From positions 4,384,001 through 4,448,000 of the forward strand of contig OZ242358.1 of NCBI GenBank assembly GCA_965208835.1: a DNA stretch of 64,000 nucleotides, given 5' to 3'. A program made the translations under genes and the position numbers. The notes below the pieces were generated by a model that saw only the letters and a list, made by a program, of their open reading frames with translations, was not told the DNA's origin and did no database searches. This document shows positions 62,525-64,000 of this stretch, piece by piece; the first letter of the stretch is position 1, and every line of letters starts with the position of its first letter. The DNA is from Candidatus Latescibacterota bacterium. GTDB taxonomy: Bacteria > Latescibacterota > UBA2968 > GCA-2709665.

Positions 62525-64000
62525 ATGAAAAGTCTCCGCATCGTTGTCCTGGTCATTGTCTGCGGAATTGGGACGTGGTCGCCCCATGCGCCTGCCTTCC
62601 AATCCGGCCCGTTTCCCGACTTTGACGAAGACGGCGTAGTGGGTTTTGCGGACTTTCTGCAGTTCGCCGGTCGGTTCGGTGCGGCACGGGGCGATCAGAC
62701 GTACGATGAACGGTTCGACCTGGATGGCGACGGCGCAATCGGGTTTCCGGATTTTCTCATCTTCGCCGGCAGCTTCGGCAAGGCATCGCCTTCCGCCGGC
62801 GACGAGAACGACGTGAACATACCGGATACCAACCTGCGCGCCGTGATTGCTGACAGTCTCGGCAAGGCGCGCGATGCGCCTATCACCCGTGCGGAAATGG
62901 CGACCCTCACCGAACTCGAGGCGGATGAAGCCGATATCAAAGATCTCACCGGACTTCAGTTCGCCTCCAATCTCGAATCCATCTGGCTCACGAACAACCC
63001 GCTTTCGCATCTCTCCCCGCTTTGCGACCTGACCGATTTGAAGGTGCTGGTTCTGTATGGGAATTCGATCTCCGACCTCAAGCCGCTGTCCGGGTTGACG
63101 AAATTAACGGACGTGCACCTCAACGACAACAGGATCTCCGACGCTTCTCCCCTTGCGGATCTGACCAATCTCACGTCCCTTACGCTCGGCGGCAACGAGA
63201 TAAAGGACCTCGCCGCGTTGTCAGGCCTGACCGGTCTGACGAATCTCGCGCTCTTTCGCAATGGTATCTCCAACGTTTCGGGTCTGTCGGGCCTGACCGA
63301 TCTGACCGAACTCGACCTCGGCGAAAACGCGATTTCGGACATATCCCCATTGTCCGGTCTGGTCAATCTGAAATTGCTCAATCTCACCCAGAACAGAATA
63401 CCCGACTGCGACTCGGATATCACGGCGCTGTCTGCCCTTACAAATCTGAATCATCTGAGTTTAAGCGACAACAGGATCTCGGACTTTTCTCCTTTGGTCG
63501 CCAATACGGGACTCGGCCGCGGCGACGCGGTCGACGTGCGCGACAACCCGTTGAGCGTCGAATCGATCAGCACGCACGTGCCCGCCCTTCAAAGCAGAGA
63601 CGTGGAAGTACAATTCGACAACCGGCCGCCGGTTTCACAATGTGTCCCGATCCTTCCACCGGAAGATTCCGTCGACGCGGGTTCTTCTCACACGCTGCAA
63701 TCAGACCACCTTCACATTGATTACGACGGAATAAGGCACGGGGACCGGCGCGGCGGCGTCGCCGCCGTCGCGTATGCGGATTTCAACAGTGACGGCCACA
63801 TTGATGTTTTTTACGCGCCCAGCGATGGTTTCCAGCACGACCCAATTCCCGCTGAGATGTACCTGAACGACGGTACGGGGTGTTTCACGTTCGACGCCAG
63901 TATCCTGGGTGCGAACCCGCCCGGCAGGTTGGCGCCGCGAAAGGCACTCCCGGGCGATTTCAACGGTGACGGCCGAATGGACGTCTTCATTTTGGACCAT
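62525..64000 (+). CDS. Secreted dockerin-like + internalin-type LRR + FG-GAP/VCBS protein (partial, runs off the right edge; missing from the ORF track)
   Basis: MKSLRIVVLVIVC.. signal; DFDEDGVVGFADF module; IPDTNLRAVI LRR cap; ADFNSDGHIDVF..YLNDGTG; GDFNGDGRMDVF. Confidence 0.88.
   Translation, partial: MKSLRIVVLVIVCGIGTWSPHAPAFQSGPFPDFDEDGVVGFADFLQFAGRFGAARGDQTYDERFDLDGDGAIGFPDFLIFAGSFGKASPSAGDENDVNIPDTNLRAVIADSLGKARDAPITRAEMATLTELEADEADIKDLTGLQFASNLESIWLTNNPLSHLSPLCDLTDLKVLVLYGNSISDLKPLSGLTKLTDVHLNDNRISDASPLADLTNLTSLTLGGNEIKDLAALSGLTGLTNLALFRNGISNVSGLSGLTDLTELDLGENAISDISPLSGLVNLKLLNLTQNRIPDCDSDITALSALTNLNHLSLSDNRISDFSPLVANTGLGRGDAVDVRDNPLSVESISTHVPALQSRDVEVQFDNRPPVSQCVPILPPEDSVDAGSSHTLQSDHLHIDYDGIRHGDRRGGVAAVAYADFNSDGHIDVFYAPSDGFQHDPIPAEMYLNDGTGCFTFDASILGANPPGRLAPRKALPGDFNGDGRMDVFILDH

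Noticed and set aside
30675-64000. Diversity-generating retroelement behind the repeat-gene variation
   Set aside because: No reverse transcriptase in the window, and paralog differences are not confined to adenines.
1-64000. Many long antisense or alternate-frame ORFs (e.g. 6070..6945, 10248..11297, 18822..19745)
   Set aside because: Shadow ORFs of GC-rich genes; no motifs, RBS or plausible composition.

Overview
GC-rich bacterial DNA in two parts. Positions 1-22.4 kb carry metabolic and envelope genes: GtrA plus a DUF2723 GT-C, a cupin, a methyltransferase, GT2, a SelA-like PLP enzyme, DUF5916, an attE/FG/H-like ABC plus lipocalin set, a Sec-encoding selD with SECIS, trmB, an NTase pair, ThuA and an SDR. 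Positions 22.4-64 kb are an unstable island of secreted, modular eukaryote-like proteins (LRR, ankyrin, WD40, MORN-like, FG-GAP, leishmanolysin-like, SpoIVB-like), a pattern typical of sponge-symbiont genomes (inferred; Latescibacterota/Gemmatimonadota-like). Two shared modules organise the island. The first is a ~55-aa double Ca-loop dockerin-like tag in 9 genes plus 1 remnant, with cohesin-like domains in two of them. The second is a ~95-aa helical 'LPPEI' header in 7 genes, 4 of them broken. Other notable items: two IS630 elements, two stacked MITEs at the selD/trmB stops, a 26-bp inverted templated insertion that frameshifts a protease gene, a duplicated kinase/promoter cassette and nested REP-like repeats. 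All calls come from reading the sequence by eye; no searches were run.
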